Positions 10,721-23,916 of a DNA stretch of 64,000 nt are shown piece by piece. Position 1 is the stretch's first letter. Each line of letters begins with the position of its first letter. The notes under the pieces are model-generated. The model was not told where the DNA came from and did not search any database. It saw nothing but the letters and a program-made list of their open reading frames with translations. The translations under genes were made by a program, and so were the position numbers. The DNA is from Sulfolobaceae archaeon (GTDB lineage: Archaea > Thermoproteota > Thermoprotei_A > Sulfolobales > Sulfolobaceae). The DNA is taken from NCBI GenBank assembly GCA_038893355.1, contig JAWARQ010000003.1:126787-190786 (forward strand), in the 5' to 3' direction.

Positions 10721-11710
10721 ATGAATTTAGGGATAAAATTGCATAGGGATCTAAAAGCATTTTATTGGTTTTTTAAAACTCAAGTATTGAGAGACCCATT
10801 TAGCCCAGCATATGTAACATTTAAAGTGACATCTAGGTGTAATTTAAGATGCACGTTCTGTAGTCCTTTATATTATAATGGCGAATTAGGAGAAGCAAGC
10901 ACAGAAAGAGTAAAGAAAATTATTGATAACATGAGAGACTCTACTGTAGTTGTGCTTTCATTTGAAGGAGGAGAACCCACATTAAGAAATGATATTATTG
11001 AACTATTAAAATATGCACACGATGGCTCCTTTTACGTAATGTTAACTACAAATGGTTATAGATTAAAAGATGAAGATTTTCTGGTAAAAATTGCTGATCA
11101 TGTTGATTTTTTACATTATTCTATAGATGAATATCATTGGAATTTAAAAGATTTAGATAATTTATGTAGATTTAGAAGATATGGAATAAAAGTTAATGTT
11201 CAAACTGTAGTAACTAAATATAATATAAATAAACTTGAAGATAAAGTAAAAAAAGTGGCTGAATGTAGATATAAAATTGTAATATTACCAGCAATAGATT
11301 ATCCAGAATCAAAGGTAAAACTAGCACCAGATTTAAATGAACTCTATAAAGTACTATCAGAATTAAAGAAAAAATACGGTTCAGTAATAAATAACTCTTG
11401 GGGATTCATAGAAGCATTAAAAGGAAAGCACCCAAAGAGGCTGGTAAGTTATGCATTAACTGTATACCCTAACGGAGATTTACCATATCCTGACGATATA
11501 AATGGTATAATAGTAGGCAATTTAGCAGAAGAAAAATTAAAAAATATTTTAAAATCTAAAAAAGTAAAGGAATTGCAACAAAAAATGCTAAGGGAACAGG
11601 CAAGATATGAGTACTTACATCTTCAGACTGCCTCTTTTAATAGCCTCTCAGATCTAGCAAGTTATGTTTATGAGATGTTGAAGTGGAGATTCTTGGGTAG
11701 ATCTTATTAG
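10721..11710 (+). CDS. Radical SAM protein of unknown function
   Basis: CNLRCTFC, GGEP, LTTNG motifs. Confidence 0.88.
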   Translation: MNLGIKLHRDLKAFYWFFKTQVLRDPFSPAYVTFKVTSRCNLRCTFCSPLYYNGELGEASTERVKKIIDNMRDSTVVVLSFEGGEPTLRNDIIELLKYAHDGSFYVMLTTNGYRLKDEDFLVKIADHVDFLHYSIDEYHWNLKDLDNLCRFRRYGIKVNVQTVVTKYNINKLEDKVKKVAECRYKIVILPAIDYPESKVKLAPDLNELYKVLSELKKKYGSVINNSWGFIEALKGKHPKRLVSYALTVYPNGDLPYPDDINGIIVGNLAEEKLKNILKSKKVKELQQKMLREQARYEYLHLQTASFNSLSDLASYVYEMLKWRFLGRSY

Positions 11711-11850
11711 CACAACTTCCTTGTATCTTAATCTTCATAAATATCTATTTTATCAAATTTCCTAACAAAACCTCTTTTTTAATATTAACTCAAATATAAT
11801 TAGGTCAAATTATTAAAAAGTCTTTAAACTAAACTCATGATAACGAGATT

Positions 11851-12093
<243 letters not shown>

Positions 12094-12280
12094 TCAATTT
12101 TAGATATAATGTTTACTGTTTTATATCATTTATCCACATTATGCTTACCCTAATTTACGCACAGATCATAATTTAGATTTTATAAGAATAATAAATTTAA
12201 ATAATATATAATATTTTATAATTAATTTTAACTTATAGGATATACACAGGCTTTAATTTAGTCCTTACCTAGTTTAATAT

Positions 12281-13093
12281 ATGACATACTCGATTGTTGC
12301 ATACGATAGAGATACAGAGGCATGGGGAGTTGCAGTTGCAAGTAAATTTCTTGCTGTAGGTGCAATAGTACCTTGGGCACGTTCTAAAAGAGGTGCTATA
12401 GCTACGCAAGCTAGAGCTAACGTTAGATATGGTATAGAGGGTATCGAGTTACTAGCTACTAAAACTGCTAAAGAGGTTATAAATATCCTAACTTCTAATG
12501 ATCCACTTAGAGAAGAGAGACAAGTAGGTATTGTAGATAGGTACGGAAATGCTGCTGCTTTTACTGGAAGGAAATGTATAGAATTTGCAGGTCATCTTTT
12601 AGGAGACGGGTTTTCAGTTCAAGGTAATATATTAGCTAGTGAGGAAGTGATTGAGAGAATGGCAAAAGAATTTGAAACTTCTAGAGGAAAATTTTATGAA
12701 AAGCTTATAAGAAGTTTAGAAGCAGGCGAGAATGCAGGAGGGGATAAGAGAGGTAAGCAAAGTGCTGCAATTTTAGTAGTTAAGGAAAATGCAGGATATG
12801 ATGGTAATAATGATATTATGATGAATTTAAGGGTTGATGACTCAAAAGAACCTTTAAAAGAACTTAGAAGGTTAATTGAGATTTGGGAGGCTCTATTTTT
12901 GCCAGAGGAAATGATAGATATTAAGGATTATGAGATATATATAAAAGAGGCTCTCAGAAAATTAAATTATGATTCATTAGAGAAATGGATAAATATTAAT
13001 AATTTTGAAATGAAATATGATGGTAAAAGGCTTGGAAAGAGTGTTTTAAAAATCTTACTAAAGGAAGCTAATATAGAAATAAATTTATTCTAA
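12281..13093 (+). CDS. DUF1028 Ntn-hydrolase-like protein
   Basis: MTYSIVA, ASKFLAVG, ATQA, QGNIL, GGDKRGKQSAA, LRVDD. Confidence 0.88.
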   Translation: MTYSIVAYDRDTEAWGVAVASKFLAVGAIVPWARSKRGAIATQARANVRYGIEGIELLATKTAKEVINILTSNDPLREERQVGIVDRYGNAAAFTGRKCIEFAGHLLGDGFSVQGNILASEEVIERMAKEFETSRGKFYEKLIRSLEAGENAGGDKRGKQSAAILVVKENAGYDGNNDIMMNLRVDDSKEPLKELRRLIEIWEALFLPEEMIDIKDYEIYIKEALRKLNYDSLEKWININNFEMKYDGKRLGKSVLKILLKEANIEINLF

Positions 13094-13573
13094 ATTTGCT
13101 TTATTTACATATTTTCTAACTATGCTAACACTCTCTAGGAAATTTTGGATATTCTCTTTACATGAATTAAGCATGTCCCTTACTATCTTAAAATCCTCTT
13201 GAGCTAGATATTTTCTATACCTATACACTAAAAAACCAATGTCAAAAAGCATTGAAACAATAGCCTTAGTATTGGGATCAACTGGATAAACGTCCCTATA
13301 TTGTTCTCTCATCTTATCTAACTCTTCCCTACCTAACTGTGTAATTTCATAAATCTTCTTCCCATCAACCTCTCTAACTTCTATCATGTTCCTCTTTATC
13401 ATATTTTTCAAGATAGGATATATAGATCCTGGACTTGGCTTATATAATCCATTAAATTTCTCATAAATGTATTTTATTATCTCATAAGCATACATTGGCT
13501 TTGTAGATAATGCTTCTAATACCATAAACTTTAATACTCCGCGCTTTAGTTTTCTTATGTTTAGCCTTGTCAT
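13085..13573 (-). CDS. PadR-family transcriptional regulator
   Basis: YAYEI...PSPGSIYPIL...KKIYEITQLG. Confidence 0.92.
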   Translation of the reverse strand: MTRLNIRKLKRGVLKFMVLEALSTKPMYAYEIIKYIYEKFNGLYKPSPGSIYPILKNMIKRNMIEVREVDGKKIYEITQLGREELDKMREQYRDVYPVDPNTKAIVSMLFDIGFLVYRYRKYLAQEDFKIVRDMLNSCKENIQNFLESVSIVRKYVNKANLE

Positions 13574-13655
13574 TTAGATACATATAACCCTAATTTATAT
13601 ATATATTTAACTGTAACAATAGTTCTTAATAATTTATTTATTAAGTAATTATTTA

Positions 13656-13967
13656 TTATTTTATTGAATTACAAACTTTTTTAGCTTTTTCAAAAAGTTC
13701 TGGGTACATTTGTTTAAGTCCTAGTTCTAAAGCCTCTTTAGCAGTCTTACTTATCTTAAAGCCGGGTACAGTGGAATATAAATATTGGAGGAGAACAAAT
13801 GCGGGATAGCTCCATACTCCTATTTTTGGCTGCTTTTTAAGAAATTCTTTCATCTTTTTCTCTATCTCATCTTCTGGTCCATTCATTATGTTTTTGCTAA
13901 TATAATTAATTTCTTGTTGAATCTTTTTATTATTATTGTTATTAAATAAAAAATCCAATTCATTCAT
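13656..13967 (-). CDS. segB: Chromosome segregation DNA-binding protein SegB
   Basis: MNELDFL and PKIGVWSYPAFVLLQYLY.TVPGFKISKTAKEALE; overlaps segA. Confidence 0.88.
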   Translation of the reverse strand: MNELDFLFNNNNNKKIQQEINYISKNIMNGPEDEIEKKMKEFLKKQPKIGVWSYPAFVLLQYLYSTVPGFKISKTAKEALELGLKQMYPELFEKAKKVCNSIK

Positions 13968-14622
13968 TAGTAATCACCTTTAATAATTCTTCAAAAATAT
14001 TTCTTAATTTATGAACCCTCATCTTTACTTCCTCATATCTAAGTGCCGGAACTCCCAATTTAGATGCCTCAATAAATAATTTACTCGAAGGAATACAAAT
14101 TGATAAAAATTGAATATTCTGTAATTTAATCTCTATTGGCTTTCTCGACATATTAGTAAGACTTATTGCTTTTTTCTTTAGAGTATAGAGTCTATAATCT
14201 AGATTTTTTGAGGCCTCAATGACGAGTGGGTGCGGAGTTACTGGTGCTAATATTTTATCTGCCACAATCATTCCAGAAACAGATAATTTCCCAAAATTAG
14301 GTGGAGTGTCTATTATTACTACCTCATATTCTTTAGAAACTTCTTGTAGGCTACGAGTTATATCTTCGATATTCCCTGAAACCTCTAATTTTATAAGGGA
14401 AATATTAGAAGGAAATATATCAATTCCAAACAAATTTACAGAAAAACTTAAAAATGGTATTTCCCTAATATTCCTTCTCATTCCAAAAGATATTGTAGCA
14501 CCACCTTCAGGGTCTAAATCAATTAATGCTGTCTTTTTAGTTTTTGAAGATAAATAAGCTAGATTAACTGCGACAGTAGTTTTCCCTACACCTCCTTTCT
14601 GATTAACTACGGTTAATATCAC
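13960..14622 (-). CDS. segA: ParA-family ATPase SegA
   Basis: Deviant Walker A KGGVGKTT, DLDP, IIDTPP; paired with segB. Confidence 0.9.
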   Translation of the reverse strand: MILTVVNQKGGVGKTTVAVNLAYLSSKTKKTALIDLDPEGGATISFGMRRNIREIPFLSFSVNLFGIDIFPSNISLIKLEVSGNIEDITRSLQEVSKEYEVVIIDTPPNFGKLSVSGMIVADKILAPVTPHPLVIEASKNLDYRLYTLKKKAISLTNMSRKPIEIKLQNIQFLSICIPSSKLFIEASKLGVPALRYEEVKMRVHKLRNIFEELLKVITNE

Positions 14623-14645
14623 AATCTTGACTCTTCACTCTAGAG
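14620..14645 (-). promoter_or_regulatory. Probable SegB-binding (centromere-like) site at the segA start
   Basis: Minus strand CTCTAGAGTGAAGAGTCAAGATTGTG; close to the S. solfataricus S1 core GAAGAGTCTAGACTG as recalled. Confidence 0.55.
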
Positions 14646-14698
14646 TTTTATAAAAAATGTGGCGTAATATTACTCTAGTTAAAATAAAAAATATTAAA

Positions 14699-17489
<2,791 letters not shown>

Positions 17490-17659
17490 CAAAATATAAA
17501 CTAACAAAACGCCTATTAAAATAAAACTCTTTACTTCTATATAATCTTACTAGGTTCACTTATACTATATATACTCAATTATTTTCTAAATTATAGACAT
17601 ATCTTACTTATACAATTTTAAGTCGACGTTTTTAATCCCGATACTTTAAAAATTCGAAT

Positions 17660-18391
17660 ATGAAGGATTTAATTACCGTTAGAAATTTATGGAAGATTTA
17701 TAAAGGGGGCATAATTGCATTAAAAGACGTTTCTTTTAGTATTGAAGAAGGAGATTTCTTTGCATTACTAGGTCCTAATGGTGCAGGGAAGACGACATTA
17801 ATTAAAATACTTAGCTGTGTAATTAAACCAAGTAAAGGAGAAATAATAATAAAAGATTATTCTGTACCAGAAGAGTGTAAAAAAGTAAGGAAAATTATTG
17901 GCGTCGTACCACAAGATTTTCATGCTTTTGGCTCTTTAACAGTAAGAGATATTATCGAATATTTCGGTAAATTATATGGCTCAGCAGAGAATGTAGACTC
18001 AATCATTGATTATTTCGGACTCAGAGATTACGAGAAAGTAAAGTATGATAAACTTTCTGGCGGACTTAAAAGAAGAGTTGGAATAGTATGTGGAATAATA
18101 AACAATCCAGAAATTCTCTTCCTAGATGAGCCAACTATAGGTCTCGATGTTAGATCTCGAAGAGATCTATGGAAGCTAATAAAAGATCTTAATATTAAGA
18201 ATAAGACCACAATTCTTCTCACAACCCACTATATGGAAGAGGCTGAAGCGCTAGCTAAAACTATTGGAGTAATTTATAAAGGTAGTTTAATTAGGATAAC
18301 AACCCCAGAGACGTTAAAGGAGGAATTCAAAAGTAAAACTCTTGAGGACGCCTATCTAGAACTAATTAGAGAGATTGAAGAGGAGAAATGA
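17660..18391 (+). CDS. ABC exporter ATP-binding protein
   Basis: GPNGAGKTT, LSGG, LDEPT, TTH. Confidence 0.93.
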   Translation: MKDLITVRNLWKIYKGGIIALKDVSFSIEEGDFFALLGPNGAGKTTLIKILSCVIKPSKGEIIIKDYSVPEECKKVRKIIGVVPQDFHAFGSLTVRDIIEYFGKLYGSAENVDSIIDYFGLRDYEKVKYDKLSGGLKRRVGIVCGIINNPEILFLDEPTIGLDVRSRRDLWKLIKDLNIKNKTTILLTTHYMEEAEALAKTIGVIYKGSLIRITTPETLKEEFKSKTLEDAYLELIREIEEEK

Positions 18392-19381
18392 ATGATGAGA
18401 ATCCTCCAGACTACTAAAGTTATAATAAAGGACAACCTAAGCTCACCGTTTGTGGTGTTTTGGGTAATTTTATTTCCAGCCGTATTATTAGGAATATTTT
18501 ATGCAGTTTTTGGAGGAATTTCTACGCTATATAAAGTCAATGTATACGTAATAGGAAATCATAATTTTGCAGAGTTCCTTAATACTACCGAACTATTTAA
18601 TGGAATAGATGGGGGAAATTTAGGTTACGTGGAAAGGGGTAATGGTATTTTAGTTAATTTCAATAACTTTTCAATATACTATAGTCCTCAATACGCTAAC
18701 TTCTTACCTTCCCTAGAAGCGCTACTTATCGAATACCTCCATCACGAAAACCTTAGTAATTTCAGTATACTCAGTATAGGTAACTATAATTATATTTCAT
18801 ATCTAACTACTGGTGTAATTGGAATATTAATTTTCTCCAACGGAATACTTGGAGTTACTGGTGTAGTTTCCAATTATTATAGAGAGAAAATTGTAGAAAG
18901 ATTAGCATCTACCCCTCTCGAGAATTATGAGTGGAGTATATCAGTAATACTTTATGAGGTATGTATTACATTCCTATCCGCATTAGTAGTTTTTATTTTA
19001 GGATTTATTTTAGGATTTAAACCAATATTTAGGCCAATATTTCTATTGCTATTACTATTAGGCTCTATAATATCTTCTGCCTTAGGTGCGATAATTTATG
19101 GTATTTCACCAAAAGAAAAACCTTATATATCACAAACAATAGCTACAACTATCATATTTCCGTTAATGTTATTAAGTAACTCGTTCTTACCTTCATTTTC
19201 ATATCCGAGTATACTTAGAATATTTGTAGAATACCAACCAATATCTCTCTTAAATTATTTATTAAGGGAAATTCTCATATTTGGATATAATATTGATTAT
19301 TTCGACCTGACAATATTAGGCTTATTTGCAATAGTAAGTATTATTATTTCTACATTTACATTAAGACTTAGAGAAACGTGA
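18392..19381 (+). CDS. ABC-2 type permease
   Basis: Multi-TM, RE...ERL.STP motif; abuts the ATPase gene. Confidence 0.88.
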   Translation: MMRILQTTKVIIKDNLSSPFVVFWVILFPAVLLGIFYAVFGGISTLYKVNVYVIGNHNFAEFLNTTELFNGIDGGNLGYVERGNGILVNFNNFSIYYSPQYANFLPSLEALLIEYLHHENLSNFSILSIGNYNYISYLTTGVIGILIFSNGILGVTGVVSNYYREKIVERLASTPLENYEWSISVILYEVCITFLSALVVFILGFILGFKPIFRPIFLLLLLLGSIISSALGAIIYGISPKEKPYISQTIATTIIFPLMLLSNSFLPSFSYPSILRIFVEYQPISLLNYLLREILIFGYNIDYFDLTILGLFAIVSIIISTFTLRLRET

Positions 19382-20125
19382 ATACCAGGGTGGATGGGAT
19401 TTAGTTATTGAAGATACGATCCCATCACTAGCTTCTTTAGAATGTAAAATAAGTGAAAGCTGCTCAAATGCTTCATCGATTCCTTTTATGATTTCGGAAA
19501 CTATTATCCTCCTCATTACAGAAAGTGCTAATGGTGATGAATAATTTAAGGAATTGATTAGCTCCTCTAAAGTCTTATCTAAATCGTCACTTAACCTAGA
19601 GACTAGACCAATCTTTAAGGCTTCTTCTGCAGTAAGTTCCTCACAAGTAAATGCTAACCTAAATACGTTTCTATATCCTAATATTTTAGTACCTAGTGTT
19701 ATTGTTAATGGTGGAATTAATCCTAACTTTGCAGCGGGAATTGAGAATTTAGACTCCTTATGAGCTATTACATAGTCCATAAGTAAAAGCAACTCTAAAA
19801 ACGCACCTACTACAAGACCTCTAACTACTGCAATAGTAATTTTTGGTGAATTGGCAAATTTATAATATAACTCCTTTAATAAATTTACTAAAGTTACAGC
19901 ATACTCTTTATCCTGAGTTGCCCTCAATAACTCACCATAGTCTATTCCTGCACCAAAGTCATTTGACTCACTCTGAATAACTAAATACTTTGAATCGTCT
20001 TTATAGATATTATCTAATTTATCTATTAGTTCAATAATACTATTTTTATCTAATACATTATACTTTTGTGTTGGTATGAAGGAAAGTATAGTCAATGGAG
20101 GATTTTTCTTAACCGATATTCTCAC
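19361..20125 (-). CDS. Enoyl-CoA hydratase/isomerase family protein
   Basis: FGAGID, GAFLEL, KLGL.P, AEEALKIGLV crotonase motifs. Confidence 0.85.
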   Translation of the reverse strand: MRISVKKNPPLTILSFIPTQKYNVLDKNSIIELIDKLDNIYKDDSKYLVIQSESNDFGAGIDYGELLRATQDKEYAVTLVNLLKELYYKFANSPKITIAVVRGLVVGAFLELLLLMDYVIAHKESKFSIPAAKLGLIPPLTITLGTKILGYRNVFRLAFTCEELTAEEALKIGLVSRLSDDLDKTLEELINSLNYSSPLALSVMRRIIVSEIIKGIDEAFEQLSLILHSKEASDGIVSSITKSHPPWYSRFSKS

Positions 20126-20183
20126 ATTATTTTAATCTAAATAAAGAAATAATAAGTCTTTTACTAAATAATTGTTGAAAAGA

Positions 20184-20232
20184 CTTTGACTCCTTACTAC
20201 CTTAGAGAAGCAAGACTTTTTCGCTCCTTATC
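20184..20232 (+). mobile_element. Highly degenerate IS200/IS605-type end remnant
   Basis: TTGAC-TCCTTACTACCTTAGAGAAGCAAGACTTTTTCGCTCCTT resembles the Sulfolobales end hairpin (CCCCGCCCTAAAGGGCGAGGCTTTCCGC, recalled) with C>T/G>A drift. Confidence 0.3.
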
Positions 20233-20251
20233 TAATTTTGTTTAAAAAAAA

Positions 20252-20494
20252 TTAAACTGCTTTAATTAACTTATTTATTTCTTCTAATACCTCCTCTGAA
20301 GTTGGAAATCTCCCTAACTGATACCTAGAGAATTTGAGAGTCCCATTAATATATACATCAAATATACCTCTAGTCCCTTGTTCTAAAGTTACTCTAGCCT
20401 CTTCATATTTAGCTAAAATATCCCTTGCTAAATCTAGTGCTCTACCTAAGAAGTTACATGGCCTACAATACACTATTTTAATATCAATTGGCAT
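20252..20494 (-). CDS. SelT/SelW/SelH (Rdx) family protein
   Basis: IVYCRPC, GTRGIFDV, FSR...GRFP. Confidence 0.9.
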   Translation of the reverse strand: MPIDIKIVYCRPCNFLGRALDLARDILAKYEEARVTLEQGTRGIFDVYINGTLKFSRYQLGRFPTSEEVLEEINKLIKAV

Positions 20495-20566
20495 ATCAAT
20501 TAACTTTACTGATAGTTAATAAGTTTTTGTAATGATTTTTATAAACCTAAGGAATAGAAGGATAAT

Positions 20567-21727
20567 ATGGAAGACTTAATAAAACTAATTTCCGAATTAG
20601 TCAAAATACCTACAGTTAACCCATCAGGAGAAAATCTCTATGAAGGGGCAACTTTTATTAGAGATTGGCTTAAAGAAAGAGGGATAAATGCTTTAGTCAT
20701 AGAGTATAGTAAGGGATGGCCTGTTGTAATTGCAGAGAAGAAGGTAAGTGAAAAATTAGTTCTCCTAAATGGTCATTATGATGTAGTACCGATAGGTGAT
20801 AAAAATAAATGGAACTTTGATCCTTTCTCGGGAAAAATAACTCAAGACAGAATTCTTGGTAGGGGTTCTACAGATATGAAAGGTGGGTTAGGGATTTTAA
20901 TGAAAGTTTTTGAAGAATTGTATGATAAAATCAATTATTCAATTATATTTACTGCAGTTCCAGACGAAGAGATAGGTGGTAAGAATGGTTCGTATTTCAT
21001 CGCACAAAACTATAATCCAGAGCTTGTACTAGTTGCAGAACCAAGTACATCAAGGGCAATAAATATTGGCGAGAAAGGGTTATTTCAGATTAAATTAATA
21101 ACAAAAGGTAAAACTGCACACGGAAGTCTACCATCACTAGGAGATAATGCAATAATGAAAATAGTTAAAGACCTTATCTCACTTTCGAGAATTTCTGATA
21201 TAGAAATAAAAATTCCTGAGGAACTTTCAGAGTTAGTTAAAGAAACTTTAGAAATTATACCACACTCAGAAGTATTCAGAATTTCATACAACCCTGGAGT
21301 AATTAGAGGTGGAGTAAAAGTTAATGTAGTACCGGATTACTGCGAGGTGGAAGTAGATATGAGAATTCCACCGGGCATTAATAGGGATAAGGCCCTAGAA
21401 TATGTCAAGTCCTTAATTACATATAGTGAAATTGAATTTATAGACCATTCAGAACCTAATTATACTGACCCTAACAATAAATATGTAAAATTATTAGAAA
21501 ATGTTATAACTAAAACTTTAGAATATAAACCAAAAAAATATATAATGACAGGTGCTACGGACAGTAGATTCTTTAGATATAAAAAGATTCCAGCAATAGT
21601 ATACGGACCAGGAGAGTTAGGCACAGCACACTCTTATAATGAATATGTAACAATAGAAGAGGTTAAAAAAGTTTATAATGTATATAAAAATTATTTAATT
21701 GAACTTAATCAGATACTACTTCCCTAA
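20567..21727 (+). CDS. M20 family metallopeptidase (ArgE/DapE-like)
   Basis: NGHYDVV, GRGSTDMKGG, DEE, HGS, AHSYNE. Confidence 0.92.
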   Translation: MEDLIKLISELVKIPTVNPSGENLYEGATFIRDWLKERGINALVIEYSKGWPVVIAEKKVSEKLVLLNGHYDVVPIGDKNKWNFDPFSGKITQDRILGRGSTDMKGGLGILMKVFEELYDKINYSIIFTAVPDEEIGGKNGSYFIAQNYNPELVLVAEPSTSRAINIGEKGLFQIKLITKGKTAHGSLPSLGDNAIMKIVKDLISLSRISDIEIKIPEELSELVKETLEIIPHSEVFRISYNPGVIRGGVKVNVVPDYCEVEVDMRIPPGINRDKALEYVKSLITYSEIEFIDHSEPNYTDPNNKYVKLLENVITKTLEYKPKKYIMTGATDSRFFRYKKIPAIVYGPGELGTAHSYNEYVTIEEVKKVYNVYKNYLIELNQILLP

Positions 21728-22079
21728 CCTTTACAATAAAATCATTAATTATTTTCAATGCATAATTTATGTACTCCTCATCGACATAACCTTTTATATA
21801 AAAATCATAGTGAAGCTTAAATGCGACATCCCACGCAAAATCAACCCATTCTCCTAAAATTTTTGACAACTTACGAACTGCCTCACTAATTGTCTTATAT
21901 TCTATGTTTAGATAATTAGATAATGCCTTAATACCTTCAATAGTAGTCATATATCCGAATTCTGCTTTTAGCAAAATATCATCAGTAAAATTAGCATTAT
22001 TTAAATAATAATTTGAAATATCTACTATTACTTCAGAAAATGTTTTACTTGTTTCTACTATCACAAATATCTTCTTCAA
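21705..22079 (-). CDS. PaREP1 (HEPN-like) family protein
   Basis: IKALS...AVRKLSKILGEWV..AWD.A..LH pattern. Confidence 0.65.
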   Translation of the reverse strand: MKKIFVIVETSKTFSEVIVDISNYYLNNANFTDDILLKAEFGYMTTIEGIKALSNYLNIEYKTISEAVRKLSKILGEWVDFAWDVAFKLHYDFYIKGYVDEEYINYALKIINDFIVKVREVVSD

Positions 22080-22112
22080 GATAAGTTTAAAAAGATCTAA
22101 GGGTTAGTAAGA

Positions 22113-22700
22113 TTGCTAATGATAAAAAGACTGGCCCTAATGATTTTATCCTCTGCATTGCTAGCTTATTCGGCATTCTTAGCTGAAGAGTTAATACTCC
22201 GTTCTTTAGAACTACTTTCACTTATATTAGTAATACCATTATCACTAAGCCTACAGGTTTTTTTCTCTACATTAAGAATAAATAAGGTTCATGCTTCAGT
22301 TGGAGTGGCATTTGCCATGATTTTTTTAGAATTAATTTTGTTTTCATATTTTTCATTATTAAGTAAAATTATATTATTAATTGGAATATTATTGGAGATT
22401 CAAATAGCAATATGGCCGAAAAAGATATTATATCAGAGTCTTCCAATCTACTTTATCACATTAATTTATGCAATAAACCAACTGTGGGGTGATCCGAGAA
22501 TATTCTTATTTTGCATACTATTAGCAATATCATTATTATTGAATTCTGAGAGCAAGGTTACTAGTCTATTTTTATTCATTCAAATACTAATAATTTCTTT
22601 TACAATATTTAGTTATAATATATTAATATTAATAATAGGTACAATCATTACCCTATCAATTTCACTTACCTATAGATTTCTTAAGGTGAGAAATAAATGA
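22113..22700 (+). CDS. Hypothetical multi-pass membrane protein
   Basis: Almost entirely hydrophobic; overlaps next gene. Confidence 0.65.
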   Translation: MLMIKRLALMILSSALLAYSAFLAEELILRSLELLSLILVIPLSLSLQVFFSTLRINKVHASVGVAFAMIFLELILFSYFSLLSKIILLIGILLEIQIAIWPKKILYQSLPIYFITLIYAINQLWGDPRIFLFCILLAISLLLNSESKVTSLFLFIQILIISFTIFSYNILILIIGTIITLSISLTYRFLKVRNK

Positions 22701-23911
22701 GATCTTTAATTGTTCTAATACTGGTATTACTATTTTGTATATTTGTATTTAATAATAATATAATTAATTCAGAAATAACAGGATTCTATTTTTCGCCTAT
22801 TACTAATTCAACAAATCTATATTTATTAAAAATATATAACGACTCAGGAATATATAATTATATACTGAAAGTTGATGGAGAGATAAAAGAAGAAGCATTT
22901 CTTAGCATTATTACTGGATTGACTCAGATTGAAATAATAACAAATGCAAGTAATGTGCTAGGCATTACTCTACGGTATGAAAATTACTCTTACTTATTAT
23001 GGGCCGGCTTTCTCAGAAATGGCGGAAAAATTAATATAAGTGCACCAATATTACCTAACTCCACATTAGGAATTACCTTGCTCGTAGGTGATACGGTTTC
23101 AAAATTTTATTTTCATAATATATTCCCATATTCCTACTATAACAATACGCTGATTTTAAATACATATAAATATGAAATATTAAATGTAAGTAAATTAGAA
23201 ATAAAGTATATATTAAATTTTAAAAACATAAATACGACTTTCTTCGTAAAACCTATTATATTACAAAAATTGGGATACTTATTACAGTATAATAAGAACT
23301 ATACTATATTAAGAGCTTATGGTATAAATTCTACTTTAATTTATAATTTTAGCTATTACGAGATTAATGGAGTTGCATATTATAATTTGAGTTTATTTAA
23401 TGGAAAGTTTTCAGAAGTTAAAAAAATTATAAATATTAATAATAGAACAATTATTCTAACAGATCTCGGATTTATTTATATCCCAGATCAAGAAATAGTT
23501 CAATATCACGGAAATTTAATCTTGATGGAAGATCAGACCCCAAAATATTATATATTTAGAGAAGATGGTGAAGTTTATGAAATTCTTAATCTAACTAACC
23601 CAGAATATCAAACTTTTCTCGTTAGAGGTATATTAATAACTGTATTTAAATATTTTACTAGTTATCCCTCAGTTCTCATAGTTCCAAAATCCCTATTTTT
23701 AAATATATCACCATCTTCTTTAATATTTTTCAAAAATAATAGCATAATAATATTTCTAGAACCTAATGTTACATATTATCTTTATCTTAAAAAATTACCA
23801 TACGTTAGTTTTTCAGACATGGATATTATTATTACAATAACATCAATATTTACACTTATAGCAATATTGTTTATAACGAAAAACAAATTAAATCCAAACG
23901 AGAAGAAGTAA
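22697..23911 (+). CDS. Hypothetical membrane-anchored surface glycoprotein
   Basis: Signal peptide, many N-x-S/T sequons, C-terminal TM. Confidence 0.7.
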   Translation: MRSLIVLILVLLFCIFVFNNNIINSEITGFYFSPITNSTNLYLLKIYNDSGIYNYILKVDGEIKEEAFLSIITGLTQIEIITNASNVLGITLRYENYSYLLWAGFLRNGGKINISAPILPNSTLGITLLVGDTVSKFYFHNIFPYSYYNNTLILNTYKYEILNVSKLEIKYILNFKNINTTFFVKPIILQKLGYLLQYNKNYTILRAYGINSTLIYNFSYYEINGVAYYNLSLFNGKFSEVKKIININNRTIILTDLGFIYIPDQEIVQYHGNLILMEDQTPKYYIFREDGEVYEILNLTNPEYQTFLVRGILITVFKYFTSYPSVLIVPKSLFLNISPSSLIFFKNNSIIIFLEPNVTYYLYLKKLPYVSFSDMDIIITITSIFTLIAILFITKNKLNPNEKK

Positions 23912-23916
23912 AAATA

